Origin: an uncultured Verrucomicrobiota bacterium
GTDB lineage: Bacteria; Verrucomicrobiota; Verrucomicrobiia; Limisphaerales; CAIMTB01
Direction: 5' to 3'
NCBI GenBank assembly: GCA_942490575.1
Contig: CALNYA010000069.1
Span: 53,901 to 117,900 of the forward strand
Length of the DNA stretch: 64,000 nucleotides
Below the pieces are notes generated by a model that was given only the letters and a program-made list of their open reading frames with translations, searched no databases and was not told where the DNA came from. Numbering within the stretch: the first letter of the stretch is position 1; each line of letters starts with the position of its first letter. Made by a program: the position numbers and the translations under genes. Shown here in pieces: positions 1-11,832 of the stretch.

Positions 1-550
1 AATACTCTGCCAGCGTGTCGGACCACTCGACCAGCAGTCGTTCCGCCTCCTGTCGTTGGATGTACGTGGCCCGCGAACCCCCGGTGGGGAAGAAACTGAT
101 CCCGGCGACGCCACCGGCCACCGCGAGATTACCGGTGAGGCCGTCCGCCGCCACCATCTCGACCACCTCGTCAAAGGAGGTGAGAACTGCGCTGTGGACC
201 GAGCGACGCAGATTCCCCTCCACCCACTGCGTGCTCCGGTGTTCGGCAAGAGGCTGCTGCAGCGCAAACCGACGGCTCCACGGATCGAGGTTGCTTTCGA
301 TGGTGGTTCGGCTTTCTTCCATGCGGTCGGCGAGTTCCTCGTTGCTTTCGGCCAGGCGGGGGTCCGCGACCTCCTGCACGACGGTGACGATCACGGGTCC
401 GGCGTCGCGAAGCGTGAGATGAACGTGCTCGCGAACCGGGTCCTCGAAACAGCCGAAGAGGGGCAGACACAACATCAAAATGAGGGCGATCCTGCAGTCG
501 ATGCCGATATCGCATCGTCCTCGCGAGTCGCGGGCGCCCCGATTATCCAC
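1..550 (-). CDS. Putative lipoprotein, 3' end outside the window (hand-translated, not in the supplied ORF track)
   Basis: Minus-strand frame read by hand from GTG (complement of 548-550): VDNRGARDSRGRCDIGIDCRIALILMLCLPLFGC-FEDPVREHVHLTLRDAGPVIVTVVQEVADPRLAESNEELADRMEE... It has a hydrophobic stretch ending in a lipobox-like LFGC. The frame stays open to base 1. The + strand ORFs 15..422 and 56..691 look like antisense shadows. Confidence 0.35.
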   Translation of the reverse strand, partial: MDNRGARDSRGRCDIGIDCRIALILMLCLPLFGCFEDPVREHVHLTLRDAGPVIVTVVQEVADPRLAESNEELADRMEESRTTIESNLDPWSRRFALQQPLAEHRSTQWVEGNLRRSVHSAVLTSFDEVVEMVAADGLTGNLAVAGGVAGISFFPTGGSRATYIQRQEAERLLVEWSDTLAEY

Positions 551-782
551 GCAAACGGCCACGGGATGGGTAACCGTGAACCAGCGACCATACACCCGGC
601 AGCCGGGATCCGGCTGACAGCCCCGGAGGGGCGACAAGGCCGTCCTGGAGTGACGGCGTGTCCTCATGCGGGGCACTTGCGTCCCGCGTGAACCCCGGGG
701 CTGACGCGGAGTCTGTCGCCGATCGACTTGAACGATCGATGTTCGCGGAAGCAACCGATTAGAATGGACAAATGGTGAAAGC

Positions 783-1654
783 GTGACACTCATCCGCTCC
801 ATGCGCCCCGAACAGTGGCTCAAGAACGGTTTCGTGCTGGCGCCGATCGTGTTTTCAGGCCTCGTCGGCGACCCCCACGCCTGGCTCCGGAGCCTGCTCG
901 CATTCGCAGCCTTCTGTGCCGCCTCCTCGGCCACCTATCTCGTCAACGACGTCATCGATCGCGAGGCCGACCGGGCCCACCCCGAAAAATGCAGACGTCC
1001 GATCGCAGCCGGCGAGGTGTCGGTCGCGGCGGCTCTCTGGCTTTCGCGGCGTTCCTCGTGGCGGTGGCGATCGCCATCGCCCTCTGGCTCGGCGGGTGGT
1101 TCCCGGTCATCCTGATCTCCTACGTGGTCCTGGTTCTGCTGTACTCCGCCATTTTGAAACGGGCCGTGTTTCTCGACGTCCTGGTGGTGGCGGCTGGCTT
1201 CGTCCTCCGGGTCGTGGGTGGCGCCGTGGCCATCAACGTGCCGGTGTCGAGGTGGATTCTGGTGGTCACGTATCTTCTGGCCCTTTATCTCGCTCTCGGC
1301 AAGCGGCGAACCGAGCTCGCGTTGCTCGGCGAAGGTGCCGGCCACCACCGCGTGGTACTCGGCCACTACACGCTGCCGATGGTGGACAGCGCCATCAGCG
1401 TGGTGCTCGGCGCCACGGTTCTCGCCTACGCGCTCTACACGGTCGCACCCGACACGGTGGCCAAGGTGGGTTCGGAGGGGCTGCTGGCAACCGTCCCGAT
1501 CGTGCTCTACGGGCTCTTTCGCTACCTCTATCTGCTCCACAGCCACGATCTCGGCGGCAGCCCGACCAAAGCACTCCTGACCGATCGCCCGCTGCTCGTG
1601 TGCGTCGTGATCTGGCTTGTCGTGTCGGCTGTCGTGATCGGCGCGGGACGATGA
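783..1654 (+). CDS. UbiA-family prenyltransferase (decaprenyl-phosphate phosphoribosyltransferase-like), interrupted by one frameshift near 1030-1045
   Basis: ORF 783..1115 starts VTLIRSMRPEQWLKNGFVLAPIVFSG...YLVNDVIDREADRAHPEKCRRPIAAGEVS, the Asp-rich UbiA motif region. The protein continues in the frame of ORF 815..1654 (LAFAAFLVAVAIAIALWLGGWFPVILISYVV...YLALGKRRTE...), which is multi-pass membrane. Confidence 0.75.
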
Positions 1655-1660
1655 ACACAG

Positions 1661-1763
1661 TTTTGAGTTCTGAATTTTGAATTTTGAATTTCGGCCAGCC
1701 GATTCGAGACCTTCTGGGTGGTGGGATGGAATTCAAAACTCAACACTCAAAATTCAAAACTCA
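1661..1763. terminator. AT-rich imperfect palindrome with TGAATTT heptamer repeats between convergent ubiA-like and hemY genes; candidate bidirectional terminator
   Basis: The left arm is ttttgagttctgaattttgaattttgaatttc (1661-1692). The right arm is gaattcaaaactcaacactcaaaattcaaaactcag (1729-1763) and is its imperfect reverse complement. The element begins 7 nt after the ubiA stop (1652-1654) and overlaps the hemY stop (1754-1756). It is a sharp AT-rich island in high-G+C DNA. Confidence 0.4.
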
Positions 1764-3143
1764 GGCAGGCTCGAGGCGCTGCGCGATGCGTCGCGCAGCG
1801 CCTCGAGCCTGCGGATGCAATCGTTGACCGACACGCCGCGGTAGGGAGAGCCGGCGATTCGACGCCTGCGGCACCGACGGCGGCTTCGGCAGCCGCAACC
1901 CGGTCGAGGTGGCCCACCGTGTACTGCGAGATTCCGTGCTCCCAGCGCACGATCCACACCCGGTCGGGCTCGGGGTCGGCGCCGTAGACCTGCGCGAGAC
2001 CCGACCGGACCCGTGCCAGCAGGGCGTCGTCGTCGAGCGCCGCCGCCTCCGGCTCGCGGGCGCCGCCGACCATGGCGCGCAGAAGAAGAGTTCCCGCCGG
2101 TGCCTGGCCCGGGAAGATGTCGTGGCAGTAGAGCGTGCCGAGGAGGCCGACCGTTTCACCGCGCGGCACCAGGAAGCCGAAGCCCCGAACCGGCCGTCCA
2201 AAGGCATCGGCGTCGTCGTATCCGAGCATGACGACGGCGATCGGGGCGGTGGAGATCCCCGACAGCGGCGCAACCGCATCGGGCGCGAGGTCGGCCACCA
2301 GATCAGCGGTCGATCTCGCCGGCAGACACAGGAGCACGGCCTCGGTCGAGATTTCTCCGCCGTCGGTGGTCACCACGAATCCCCGGTCTTGCGCGACAGC
2401 TTCAGCGCCGAACTGTCGAGCATCAGCCGGTCGCCGAGGCGTTCGCTCAAACTCTGCGGGAGACGGACCATTCCGCCGTCAAAGGTGGTGAGCCGACCGC
2501 CGGGCCCGCCGGGCCGCCGCTCTTCTTCCCGGCCCGTTTCGCCTCGCGGATCTTGGCAAAAAGAGCTCGGGTCAATGACCCGTGTTCGGTCTCCATCGCA
2601 GCCATTTTCGGAAAGGTGGCGGCGAGCGAGAGCTGCCTCGAGTCGCCCGCAAACACCCCCGTCACCATGGCGTCGACCAGCACCTCGGCCGCCTGCGGTC
2701 CGATCCGCCGGCGCGCCGAAATCGAGCACGGTCTCGTCGTGGTCGGGGCGTTTTCGCGCAAAGGGCTCGCCGAGCAGCCGCAACCGGCCGGTGAGGGGAA
2801 GAATGTCCGACATCATGAAGGCGATCAGGGAGGTGGCCACCCGCCGCAACCGGCCGCCGCGGAGGATGAAACGATCGGCCGCGCTCTCGTCGGCCTGTAC
2901 CAGGGCGTCTTCGAGGCCGACGAGTGACGCGAGTTCGAGGGTGTCAGGTGCGTTGTCGAGGAAGCCCTGCGGCCCCTCTTCGAGGGTGGAGCCGGCGTCC
3001 ACCTTCGAGCGGATCTTGACGCCAGCGGCACTCGCCGCCTCGACGACGAGGACGTCATCGATGCCGTGATCCCGTTCGAGCCAGACGGCGGCGGCGAGCC
3101 CGGTGATGCCGCCGCCGATAATTGCGACTCGGGTTGTTCTCAT
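1754..3143 (-). pseudogene. hemY: Protoporphyrinogen oxidase (HemY-type FAD oxidase) with at least four frame changes
   Basis: The N-terminus MRTTRVAIIGGGITGLAAAVWLE is a FAD dinucleotide-binding motif (ATG = complement of 3141-3143). The reading frame moves between ORFs 2370..3788 (tail), 2447..2761, 2370..3788 again, 1747..2376 and 1754..1957. Shifts fall near 2705-2715, 2495-2510, 2380-2390 and 1855-1880. The C-terminus is ...SPYRGVSVNDCIRRLEALRD. The span is 1390 nt, not a multiple of 3. Confidence 0.8.
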
Positions 3144-3788
3144 TAATTCAAGAGGGCTGAAACCCCGGTGGACAAGATCGTCTCCGCACTTTTCTTCTGT
3201 GATCGGCTCACCACTTAACGGGTCACGTTTTTCACCACCATTGTCTGCCAGCTGGGGAATCTGCTTGCAGACTTTCCTTTGCACTCCCTGCAGTTCAATA
3301 AGCGGATGAGGCATACCTACGTTTTCAAACAACAGGTTGTTGACGCCAAATGGCCGTTTGTCGTCTTCATAAAACACGCGCATGTAAGTGTAAAGATACT
3401 CGGGACCACCCTTCAGCATTGTGTACATGGTGAGGTCTGGTGGTACTGACCCGAACCACTGCTTTGCATTCTCTACAGACAAAGCGTTTTCCATCAGAGA
3501 ACCAATCCGTACGGAAGGATCAAAAACCATGTGTTCCATCATCAGGTCTACCGGAATACCAAGGTCATCTGCGGTCCGCTGGTAACGCTGGTATTTCAGG
3601 GTGTGGCAACCCATGCAGTAATTGATGAAAGTCTTGGCACCACGCTGCAGCGATGCCTGGTCTCTTATGTCAGGTTGCATTTCATCCAACGGATAAGGTG
3701 TTTCACCACCCGCAGCAACTACATAACCAGGTAGCAGCAACAATACGGTCAACAAAACCTTCTGCAAATCGTTCAGTCCAGACTTCAT
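3144..3788 (-). CDS. petC: Cytochrome c1 of the bc1 complex, C-terminally truncated at the composition breakpoint
   Basis: This is the N-terminal 215 aa of ORF 2370..3788: a signal peptide (LLTVLLLLPGYVVAAG) and the haem-binding CMGCH motif. It overlaps the petB stop by 4 nt. The C-terminal membrane anchor expected for c1 is missing, and the sequence runs straight into the hemY ATG. Confidence 0.8.
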
Positions 3789-5047
3789 GGCATCGTCACC
3801 CTCAAAGGTACCGGCTTTGTCTTCTCAACGCTGGTGTACCAGGGCATCAGCAGGAAATAGCCGAAGTAGATGGCAGTACAGACCTGCGCAAGCAGTGTCC
3901 TTCCTGGTGTCGGATGCTGAACACCCAGGTAACCCAGGATAAAAAACGCCACAATGAACACAGCGAGGAACAACTTGCTGCCTAATCCTTTGTATCTGAT
4001 GGACTTAACCGGTGACTTGTCGAGCCATGGCAGAACTGCCGGCAGGACAATCGCACCAGCCATGACGACCAGCCCCCAGAATTTTGCATCAAGGCCAAAC
4101 AGCGGAAACGTTGCGGCTCGAAGCATCGAGTAGAAAGGTGTGTAGTACCAGACAGGTGCGATGAGATCCGGTGTCTTCAGGGGGTCAGCCGGTTCATAGT
4201 TCGGATGCTCAATCAGGTAGCCGCCACCATCAGGGAAATAGAACATGACGACACAAAAGAAGAACAGGAACGCAACAATCGCCGGCAAATCATGACCAAT
4301 AGTGTAATGGGGATGAAACGGGATGCCATCGAGAGGCTTGCCGTCTTCGTCGACAGTCTTTTTGATATCAACGCCATCCGGGTTGTTTGAGCCCACCTCA
4401 TGCAACGCCAGGATATGCAGGAAGACAAGTACAATCAGCACCAACGGAATCAGTACAACGTGCAGGGCAAAAAAGCGGTTCAGGGTTATTACGGAAATAT
4501 TGAAGTCACCACGAACCCAGGTCGCAAGCGCGTCACCAACGATAGGAATGGCACCGGCGAGAGAAACAATGACCTGGCCGGCCCACAAAGACATGTTGCC
4601 CCAGGGCAGCAGGTAACCGAAGAATCCATCCGCCATCAGTGCCACGTAAATCAGCATACCCAGAATCCAGATGAGCTCCCTTGGCTTCTGGTAAGAGCCA
4701 TAGGCAAGCCCGCGGAACATATGCAGGTAAACCACAAGGAAGAACGCCGATGCACCTGTGGAGTGCATATACCGAAGCATCCAGCCGTACTCGACGTCCC
4801 GCATGATGTATTCAACCGAGGCAAAGGCACCATCAGCCGTTGGTACGTAGCTCATCGTCAGCCAGATACCGGTCAGTAACTGATTGACCAGCACCACGAC
4901 CGACAGGACGCCAAAAAAGTACCAGAAATTGAAATTTTTTGGCGCGTAGTACTTGGAAAGATGTTTCTCGTAGGTTTCCGTAACCGGAAGCCTGGCATCC
5001 ATCCAATCCATAAAATTTTTGAATGACTGTTGTAACGCTGACATCAA
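3785..5047 (-). CDS. petB: Cytochrome b of ubiquinol-cytochrome c reductase
   Basis: A 420 aa polytopic membrane protein (…[14 protein letters not shown]…, …MSLWAGQVI…, …LPWLDKSPV…), sitting between the Rieske and c1 genes. Confidence 0.95.
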   Translation of the reverse strand: MMSALQQSFKNFMDWMDARLPVTETYEKHLSKYYAPKNFNFWYFFGVLSVVVLVNQLLTGIWLTMSYVPTADGAFASVEYIMRDVEYGWMLRYMHSTGASAFFLVVYLHMFRGLAYGSYQKPRELIWILGMLIYVALMADGFFGYLLPWGNMSLWAGQVIVSLAGAIPIVGDALATWVRGDFNISVITLNRFFALHVVLIPLVLIVLVFLHILALHEVGSNNPDGVDIKKTVDEDGKPLDGIPFHPHYTIGHDLPAIVAFLFFFCVVMFYFPDGGGYLIEHPNYEPADPLKTPDLIAPVWYYTPFYSMLRAATFPLFGLDAKFWGLVVMAGAIVLPAVLPWLDKSPVKSIRYKGLGSKLFLAVFIVAFFILGYLGVQHPTPGRTLLAQVCTAIYFGYFLLMPWYTSVEKTKPVPLRVTMP

Positions 5048-5643
5048 GCAGTCCCCTCGTCTTCTCCGATAATAATCACAGAGTCGCTTTCATAAGCATG
5101 TGGTGGCACTTCCAGATTTGACGGCGCAGGTACACCTGTGTAGACACGGCCAGCAAGATCAAACTTTGAACCATGACAGGGGCAGAAAAAGCCACCTATC
5201 CATTCAGGATCAAACTCCTCGGGTTCGATAACAGGGCGGAATTTTGGAGAGCAGGAGAGGTGTGTGCACAATCCAACCAGAACAAGAATCTCCGGCTTGT
5301 TCGATCGTGTTTCGTTTTTCGCGTAGTCGGGCTGTTGTGGCCTTTCTGATGCAGGGTCGGCCAGTCGCTCGTTTCTGGAGTTCAACCGGTCGAGCATTTC
5401 CTCGGAGCGCCTGATCACAAACACAGGTTTGTCACGCCAGGCTGGTATTGGCCCGAGCATTTCGCCAGGGGACAATTTACTGATATCTATCTTGATTGGC
5501 GCGCCTGCTGCCAACGCCTTGGCGCTCGGATTCCAGGAGCCGACAAAGGGTACGGCAACTCCCACTACTCCAGCAGCTCCAACTACAGACGTCGCACCTA
5601 TCAGGAAGTTGCGGCGCCCTGTGTTGACGCTATTCTCACTCAC
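5044..5643 (-). CDS. petA: Rieske iron-sulfur subunit of the bc1 complex
   Basis: It has a Tat-like N-terminus (RRNFLIGAT) and the Rieske 2Fe-2S boxes CTHLSCSP and CPCHGSKF. Confidence 0.95.
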   Translation of the reverse strand: MSENSVNTGRRNFLIGATSVVGAAGVVGVAVPFVGSWNPSAKALAAGAPIKIDISKLSPGEMLGPIPAWRDKPVFVIRRSEEMLDRLNSRNERLADPASERPQQPDYAKNETRSNKPEILVLVGLCTHLSCSPKFRPVIEPEEFDPEWIGGFFCPCHGSKFDLAGRVYTGVPAPSNLEVPPHAYESDSVIIIGEDEGTA

Positions 5644-5838
5644 TATGAAATCTCCTTACTATTACAACATCCAACCCCGGGTATCCCGGCCAGAAATAAC
5701 CGCGAATTCAGGGTGAGTAAGGCCCCAAAATTGGCCGAGCGGAGTTTACCACATTCCATCGAGAAAATGTTGGCGAGCCAGCGTAATATCTGGAGTTTTT
5801 CCAATTCGGGGAAGTTGAGATCCTGGCGGTAAAACCGG

Positions 5839-6225
5839 TTACCGCTTGGAAAACTGGGGCTTTTTCCGTGCCTTGCGCAGACCGACCTTTTTACGTTCCA
5901 CGGTTCTCGCATCACGGGTTACAAAACCGGCGCTTCGAAGCGCCGGGCGCAGGGTTTCATCATATTCAATCAAAGCGCGAGTGATACCGTGGCGAATCGC
6001 GCCCGCCTGGCCGAAACCGCCGCCGCCGCAGACGGTCACGTTAAAGTCAAATTTGCCATTGACGTCAGCGACTTCCAATGGCTGACGGACGATCATTCGC
6101 GCGGTTTCACGCCCGAAATATTCATCAAGAGTACGGTCATTTACCCGGATACTGCCATCACCTGCCGTCATAAAGACGCGTGCCTTGGCTGATTTTCTTC
6201 TTCCGGTTCCGTAATACTGGGTCAT
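5839..6225 (-). CDS. rpsI: 30S ribosomal protein S9
   Basis: 128 aa with [17 protein letters not shown]...[18 protein letters not shown]...[17 protein letters not shown]. Confidence 0.97.
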   Translation of the reverse strand: MTQYYGTGRRKSAKARVFMTAGDGSIRVNDRTLDEYFGRETARMIVRQPLEVADVNGKFDFNVTVCGGGGFGQAGAIRHGITRALIEYDETLRPALRSAGFVTRDARTVERKKVGLRKARKKPQFSKR

Positions 6226-6271
6226 TTGCTGTTACCTGAGCGCTTGTGTGGGCTTGTGTGGGTCTGGTCGA

Positions 6272-6700
6272 TTAGATATCGAGGGGTTTGGGTTGCTGGG
6301 CTGAATGTGGATGTTCACTACCAGCGTATACCTTGAGCTTCGCCAGCATCGACTGACTGAGCTTGTTCTTCGGCATCATGCCTTTCACGGCTTTCTCAAT
6401 GATCTGTTCAGGGGACTTCTGAATCAGCTTATCGAAGCTGATGGACTTGATACCGCCTGGATAGCCTGTGTGATGGTAATACATCTTGTCGGTAGTCTTG
6501 TTGCCTGTAACAACGACCTTTTCAGCATTAACAACAACAATATAGTCACCGGTATCCACGTGTGGCGTGAACTCCGGCTTGTGCTTACCGCGCAGTCGAA
6601 TGGCGATTTCCGTGCTCAGGCGACCCAGGGTCTTGTCTGTAGCATCCACAACATACCAACTGTGTGTGGCGGTTTCTTTCTTGGCGCTAACTGTCTTCAT
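6272..6700 (-). CDS. rplM: 50S ribosomal protein L13
   Basis: 142 aa with [61 protein letters not shown]... Confidence 0.97.
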   Translation of the reverse strand: MKTVSAKKETATHSWYVVDATDKTLGRLSTEIAIRLRGKHKPEFTPHVDTGDYIVVVNAEKVVVTGNKTTDKMYYHHTGYPGGIKSISFDKLIQKSPEQIIEKAVKGMMPKNKLSQSMLAKLKVYAGSEHPHSAQQPKPLDI

Positions 6701-6928
6701 GCTGAATATTTAACCGTGATGTAGTGTTCAAATCCGCTTTTGACCCGATAAATACTATGGCCCGAAGCAGGATTTTGGGAGCGCGCATCTTAACCAAGCC
6801 AACACGCAGTTGCAAGGGGAAACACCTGCCAGCGCGGACTTAACTAATACCTTGATTTTCATGGTTTATTTTGTTGCTTCAGGCCGCCTCAGCAGGCCCG
6901 GAAAGACCCAAAAAGCCTGCCATGGATA

Positions 6929-8023
6929 TCAGGGCTTGTGCTCCCTGGCGAGATACTCCTTGGACTGCATTTCCTGCAGCCGGCTTTCAGTCCTCTGGAA
7001 TTCAAAGGTAAGCCGATTGCCGTGATACAGGTCCAGGATGTGGGTTTCGGCTGAAATGATCAATTTCACGTTCCTGTCATAGAACTCGTCTACCAGGCTG
7101 ATGAATCGCCGCGCCTGGTCTTCCTTTTTCTCATCCATCCGGGGGACATTACCAACCAGCACAGTCTGGAAGAGTTTTGCCAGTTCAATGTAGTCGTTCT
7201 GGCTGCGCGGGCCGTCACACAGGGCAGAAAAATCAAACCAGGCTACACCATCCCCACAGCGTCGGGTGGCGATATTCCGCCCCTCGATAGGCAGAATGAT
7301 ATCAGGCTTGCCCTCATCAGGTGAAAGGCTGCGAAACGCTGAGACAAGCCCGCTTTCCGCGGTGTCATCAAGGGGAAAGTGATAGATTTCGGCAGACTCA
7401 AGCGCCCGCAGGCGATAATCGACCCCACCGTCCAGATTATGAACACGGGTGTAGGTGTTTAACAGCTCAATGGCAGGGAGGAACTTGCGGCGCTGGAGCC
7501 CGTTTTCATACAAGTGATCCGGCGCTACATTCGACGTCGCAACGAGGGTGACACCCAATCGAAACAGTTCATCCAGCAATCCCGCCAGCAACATGGCATC
7601 GGTAATGTCACTGACAAAAAACTCATCGAAACAGATCACCTTCGCCTCTGCTGCGAAACTGGCGGCTACCTTCCTTAGGGGATTGGGTTCTCCCTGGAGA
7701 TCCCTCAACTGCCGATGGACTTCACGCATGAACCGATGAAAGTGCAGGCGTTTCTTCTGAGTCGTCTCAAGTTCCTCATAGAACAAATCCATGAGGAACG
7801 TTTTCCCTCTGCCGACACCTCCCCAGAAGTAGAGTCCTTTGATGGTCCGGGTCTGTGCTGAACGACCAAACAGCGCGAAAATACCCGCGGGAGGTGCAGC
7901 CGGGACGACGGAGAGCTCGCGATGTAGTTCCTGCAGCATCTGCAATGCCTCCAGCTGGGCAGCATCTTCGTGGTAGTCGCCTCGAGTGACTTCCTGTCGA
8001 TAGCGCGCTAGAGGTCCCGACAT
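6929..8023 (-). CDS. zapE: AFG1-family ATPase / cell division factor ZapE
   Basis: 364 aa with a Walker A motif GGVGRGKTFLMD and a Walker B-like ICFDEFFVSD. It sits upstream of rplM-rpsI, as in many Gammaproteobacteria. Confidence 0.85.
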   Translation of the reverse strand: MSGPLARYRQEVTRGDYHEDAAQLEALQMLQELHRELSVVPAAPPAGIFALFGRSAQTRTIKGLYFWGGVGRGKTFLMDLFYEELETTQKKRLHFHRFMREVHRQLRDLQGEPNPLRKVAASFAAEAKVICFDEFFVSDITDAMLLAGLLDELFRLGVTLVATSNVAPDHLYENGLQRRKFLPAIELLNTYTRVHNLDGGVDYRLRALESAEIYHFPLDDTAESGLVSAFRSLSPDEGKPDIILPIEGRNIATRRCGDGVAWFDFSALCDGPRSQNDYIELAKLFQTVLVGNVPRMDEKKEDQARRFISLVDEFYDRNVKLIISAETHILDLYHGNRLTFEFQRTESRLQEMQSKEYLAREHKP

Positions 8024-8033
8024 AAGTCCTGAA

Positions 8034-9344
8034 TCAGCCTTTTAGCCTGATACGCGCCGACTCGGCGTGAGCATCCAGGCTTTCCGCGTCTGCCAGTATT
8101 GCTGCGGCCCGGCTTAGCTCTATCGCGCCCTCTCTGGAACACTGGACCACCGAAGTCCGGGTCTGGAAGTCATAGACGCCAAGCGGTGAGGCGAAACGGG
8201 CGCTGCCACTTGTCGGTAGCACGTGGCTGGGTCCGGCGGTGTAGTCACCAACAACTTCTGCTGTATCTACACCGACAAAAATCGCGCCCGCATGCTGCAC
8301 CTTCGGCAGCCAGGCTTCAGGATCCGTCAGTGCCAGCTGCAGGTGCTCCGGCGCGATGCGATTTGAAACCGAAAACGCTTCATCCAGATCACTGACTTTT
8401 ATCAGGGCACCGCGACTGGAGATCGCCTCTGAGATGATCGACACCCTGGTCTGCTGTTTCAGCATGACTGGCAGCAGCTCATTGATGGCATCGAGCAATG
8501 CGGCGCTGGGAGAAATCACAATGGCCTGCGCCATCTCATCATGTTCAGCCTGGGCAAACATGTCCTGGACCACCCAGGCCGGGTCAGCGGCGTCATCTGC
8601 AACGATGACAACTTCCGAGGGACCGGCAATCATATCTATACCGACTTTTCCAAACACCATCTCTTTCGCGGTCGCAACAAAGATATTGCCCGGACCAACA
8701 ATCTTGTCGACGCGTGGCACAGTGTCTGTACCGAACGCCATGGCGCCCACTGCCTGCGCACCGCCCAGCGCAAAGACGCGATCAATGCCACACAGATGTG
8801 CCGCAGCAAGCAAGGTCGGGTTAAGTTCACCCCCCGGCGTCGGGACGCACAACACAATTTCCCTGACCCCCGCCACACTCGCGGGGATTGCCGTCATGAT
8901 AACTGTAGAGGGATAAGAGGCTTTGCCGCCGGGGGCATAAATACCTACCCGGTTCATCGCCCTGATGTTCTGGCCCAGCCTGTTGCCGAGGCTATCGGTA
9001 TAGTGCCAACCGCCAGCGGCACCTGTCGCTGCCATTTGTTTTTCGTGGTATTCCCTGACACGACTGGCAGACGCCTGCAGCGCCTCGCGCACCAGCGGAT
9101 CGATAGCCTCAAAGGCATCCTGCAGTTGCTGCGAGCCAATCACCAGTTCCTGCATGGTTGTTACTGACTGACCGTCGAATCGATTGGTCAGCGCTACCAA
9201 TGCTTCGTCGCCTCTCGTGCGAACATCCTCAAGTATCGCCGCCACACTGGCCCTGACTTCAACCTGGCCGGCTTCCGGGTAATCAAGAAGGGACCGCAGC
9301 GCTTCATTGAAAGCTGCTTGACTGCTATCGAGACGGGTAATCAC
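8034..9344 (-). CDS. hisD: Histidinol dehydrogenase
   Basis: 436 aa with ...QAEHDEMAQAI..., ...APEHLQL..., ...GDYTAGPSHVLPTSGSARF... Confidence 0.95.
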   Translation of the reverse strand: MITRLDSSQAAFNEALRSLLDYPEAGQVEVRASVAAILEDVRTRGDEALVALTNRFDGQSVTTMQELVIGSQQLQDAFEAIDPLVREALQASASRVREYHEKQMAATGAAGGWHYTDSLGNRLGQNIRAMNRVGIYAPGGKASYPSTVIMTAIPASVAGVREIVLCVPTPGGELNPTLLAAAHLCGIDRVFALGGAQAVGAMAFGTDTVPRVDKIVGPGNIFVATAKEMVFGKVGIDMIAGPSEVVIVADDAADPAWVVQDMFAQAEHDEMAQAIVISPSAALLDAINELLPVMLKQQTRVSIISEAISSRGALIKVSDLDEAFSVSNRIAPEHLQLALTDPEAWLPKVQHAGAIFVGVDTAEVVGDYTAGPSHVLPTSGSARFASPLGVYDFQTRTSVVQCSREGAIELSRAAAILADAESLDAHAESARIRLKG

Positions 9345-9967
9345 GTGGCCAGTTCCAGCGCATCAATGATTGACTTGATGGGTTCATACTTGGTCTTGAA
9401 GGACGATTCGTTGACGATAAGTCGGGTGCTGATATTGGTAATCAGTTCCATCGCTACAAGCCCGTTGGCTTTGAGCGTATTGCCCGTCTCAACGATGTCA
9501 ACAATCCGGTGCGCCAGCCCCGTAACAGGTGCCAGTTCCATTGCGCCGTAGAGTTTAATAATGTCTACCTGGATACCCCTGGCGGCATAATAGCGTTTGG
9601 CAGTATTGGTAATCTTGGTCGCTATTCTCAGCCGGGATGGCAAAGGTGGTTCGTCCTTTAGACCCGCCACCATAATGCGACACTGACCAAGGCCCAGATC
9701 AAGCGGTTCATAGAATCCGGTGCCCGTATGCTCAAGCAGCACATCTTTGCCCGACATACCGAGGTCTGCAATGCCATGTTCAACGTAGGTAGCCACATCC
9801 ATGCCACGCAGCACCATAATTTGCACGTCGGCGCGATTTGTTTCAAACACGAGCTTGCGTGAGGTCTGCGGGTCATCCCTGGGCTCAATGCCTATCCGAG
9901 CGAGAAGCGCGAGCTCATCGGCCAGAACTCGACCTTTAGTCAGGGCAAATACCAGGTTCCGTGACAT
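9341..9967 (-). CDS. hisG: ATP phosphoribosyltransferase, short form
   Basis: 208 aa with LVFALTKGRVLAD..., ...DLGMSGKDVLLE..., ...VDIVETGNTLKANGL... It overlaps hisD by 4 nt. Confidence 0.93.
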   Translation of the reverse strand: MSRNLVFALTKGRVLADELALLARIGIEPRDDPQTSRKLVFETNRADVQIMVLRGMDVATYVEHGIADLGMSGKDVLLEHTGTGFYEPLDLGLGQCRIMVAGLKDEPPLPSRLRIATKITNTAKRYYAARGIQVDIIKLYGAMELAPVTGLAHRIVDIVETGNTLKANGLVAMELITNISTRLIVNESSFKTKYEPIKSIIDALELAT

Positions 9968-9970
9968 TGA

Positions 9971-11245
<1,275 letters not shown>

Positions 11246-11503
11246 CTACCGGTTTGCCTCATCATAGGTCTGCGTGACCATGGTCACGGCATGAATCTCG
11301 CCGGTCTTGATCCGATCGTCGAGCAACGCATAAATCTTCTGCTGACGCTTGACCCTGTTCAGGCCAGCGAAGGCATCGGATACAATTTTGACGCTAAGTT
11401 TGTTGCCTTCTGCTGCGAGTTCGAGCTCACATTGCGGCAAACTTTCACGCAATTGCGCTTCTATGGCGGATACATCCATTGGCAGAACTCGATTGGGTGA
11501 CAA
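11246..11503 (-). CDS. ibaG: BolA-family protein (IbaG/YrbA type)
   Basis: 85 aa with ...VKIVSDAFAGLNRVKRQQKIYALL...GEIHAVTMVT. It lies between mlaB and murA, as in the enterobacterial mla-ibaG-murA arrangement. Confidence 0.75.
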   Translation of the reverse strand: MSPNRVLPMDVSAIEAQLRESLPQCELELAAEGNKLSVKIVSDAFAGLNRVKRQQKIYALLDDRIKTGEIHAVTMVTQTYDEANR

Positions 11504-11538
11504 AGGCGCGACATATTAGCACGCAAGTCGGGGTTTTC

Positions 11539-11832
11539 TTAAGCGGTGAGGCCCAGGAGTTCATCCAGCTCGGCCAGACTGGCCATTTTAACCAACCGGT
11601 CACTCGCCCCGACAAACTGCACCCGGCCACCGCCGGTTCTTGCCCGCCGGGCTATGTGTACAAGCAGGGCCAGGACAGCAGAGCCCTCAAACTCGAGTTC
11701 GCTCAGGTCAAGCGAAAGCGAGCCATCCTCCGGAAAAGATTTCTCAACTTCTCGTTTGTAGGACATCAGGGAAACCAGGTCCAGCTTCCCTGTCAGTTTC
11801 ACATCGTTGCCATCAAGCCTGATTGTCGACAT
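11539..11832 (-). CDS. mlaB: STAS-domain protein, MlaB-like
   Basis: 97 aa with an anti-sigma-antagonist-like STAS pattern (LDLSELEFEGSAVLALLV...). It is immediately downstream of and overlapping the mlaC fragment. Confidence 0.6.
   Translation of the reverse strand: MSTIRLDGNDVKLTGKLDLVSLMSYKREVEKSFPEDGSLSLDLSELEFEGSAVLALLVHIARRARTGGGRVQFVGASDRLVKMASLAELDELLGLTA

Noticed and set aside
2370-3788. A 472-aa ORF that looks like a cytochrome c1 - protoporphyrinogen oxidase fusion protein
   Set aside because: The two halves differ sharply in composition and the c1 half lacks its own C-terminus. The HemY half begins with its own ATG at the joint and then frameshifts repeatedly. It is best explained as a read-through across a chimeric junction.
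5820-5845. Hairpin gcggtaa-aaccgg-ttaccgc at the rpsI stop as a terminator
   Set aside because: The stem is short and overlaps the stop codon, and no U-tract follows on the transcribed strand.
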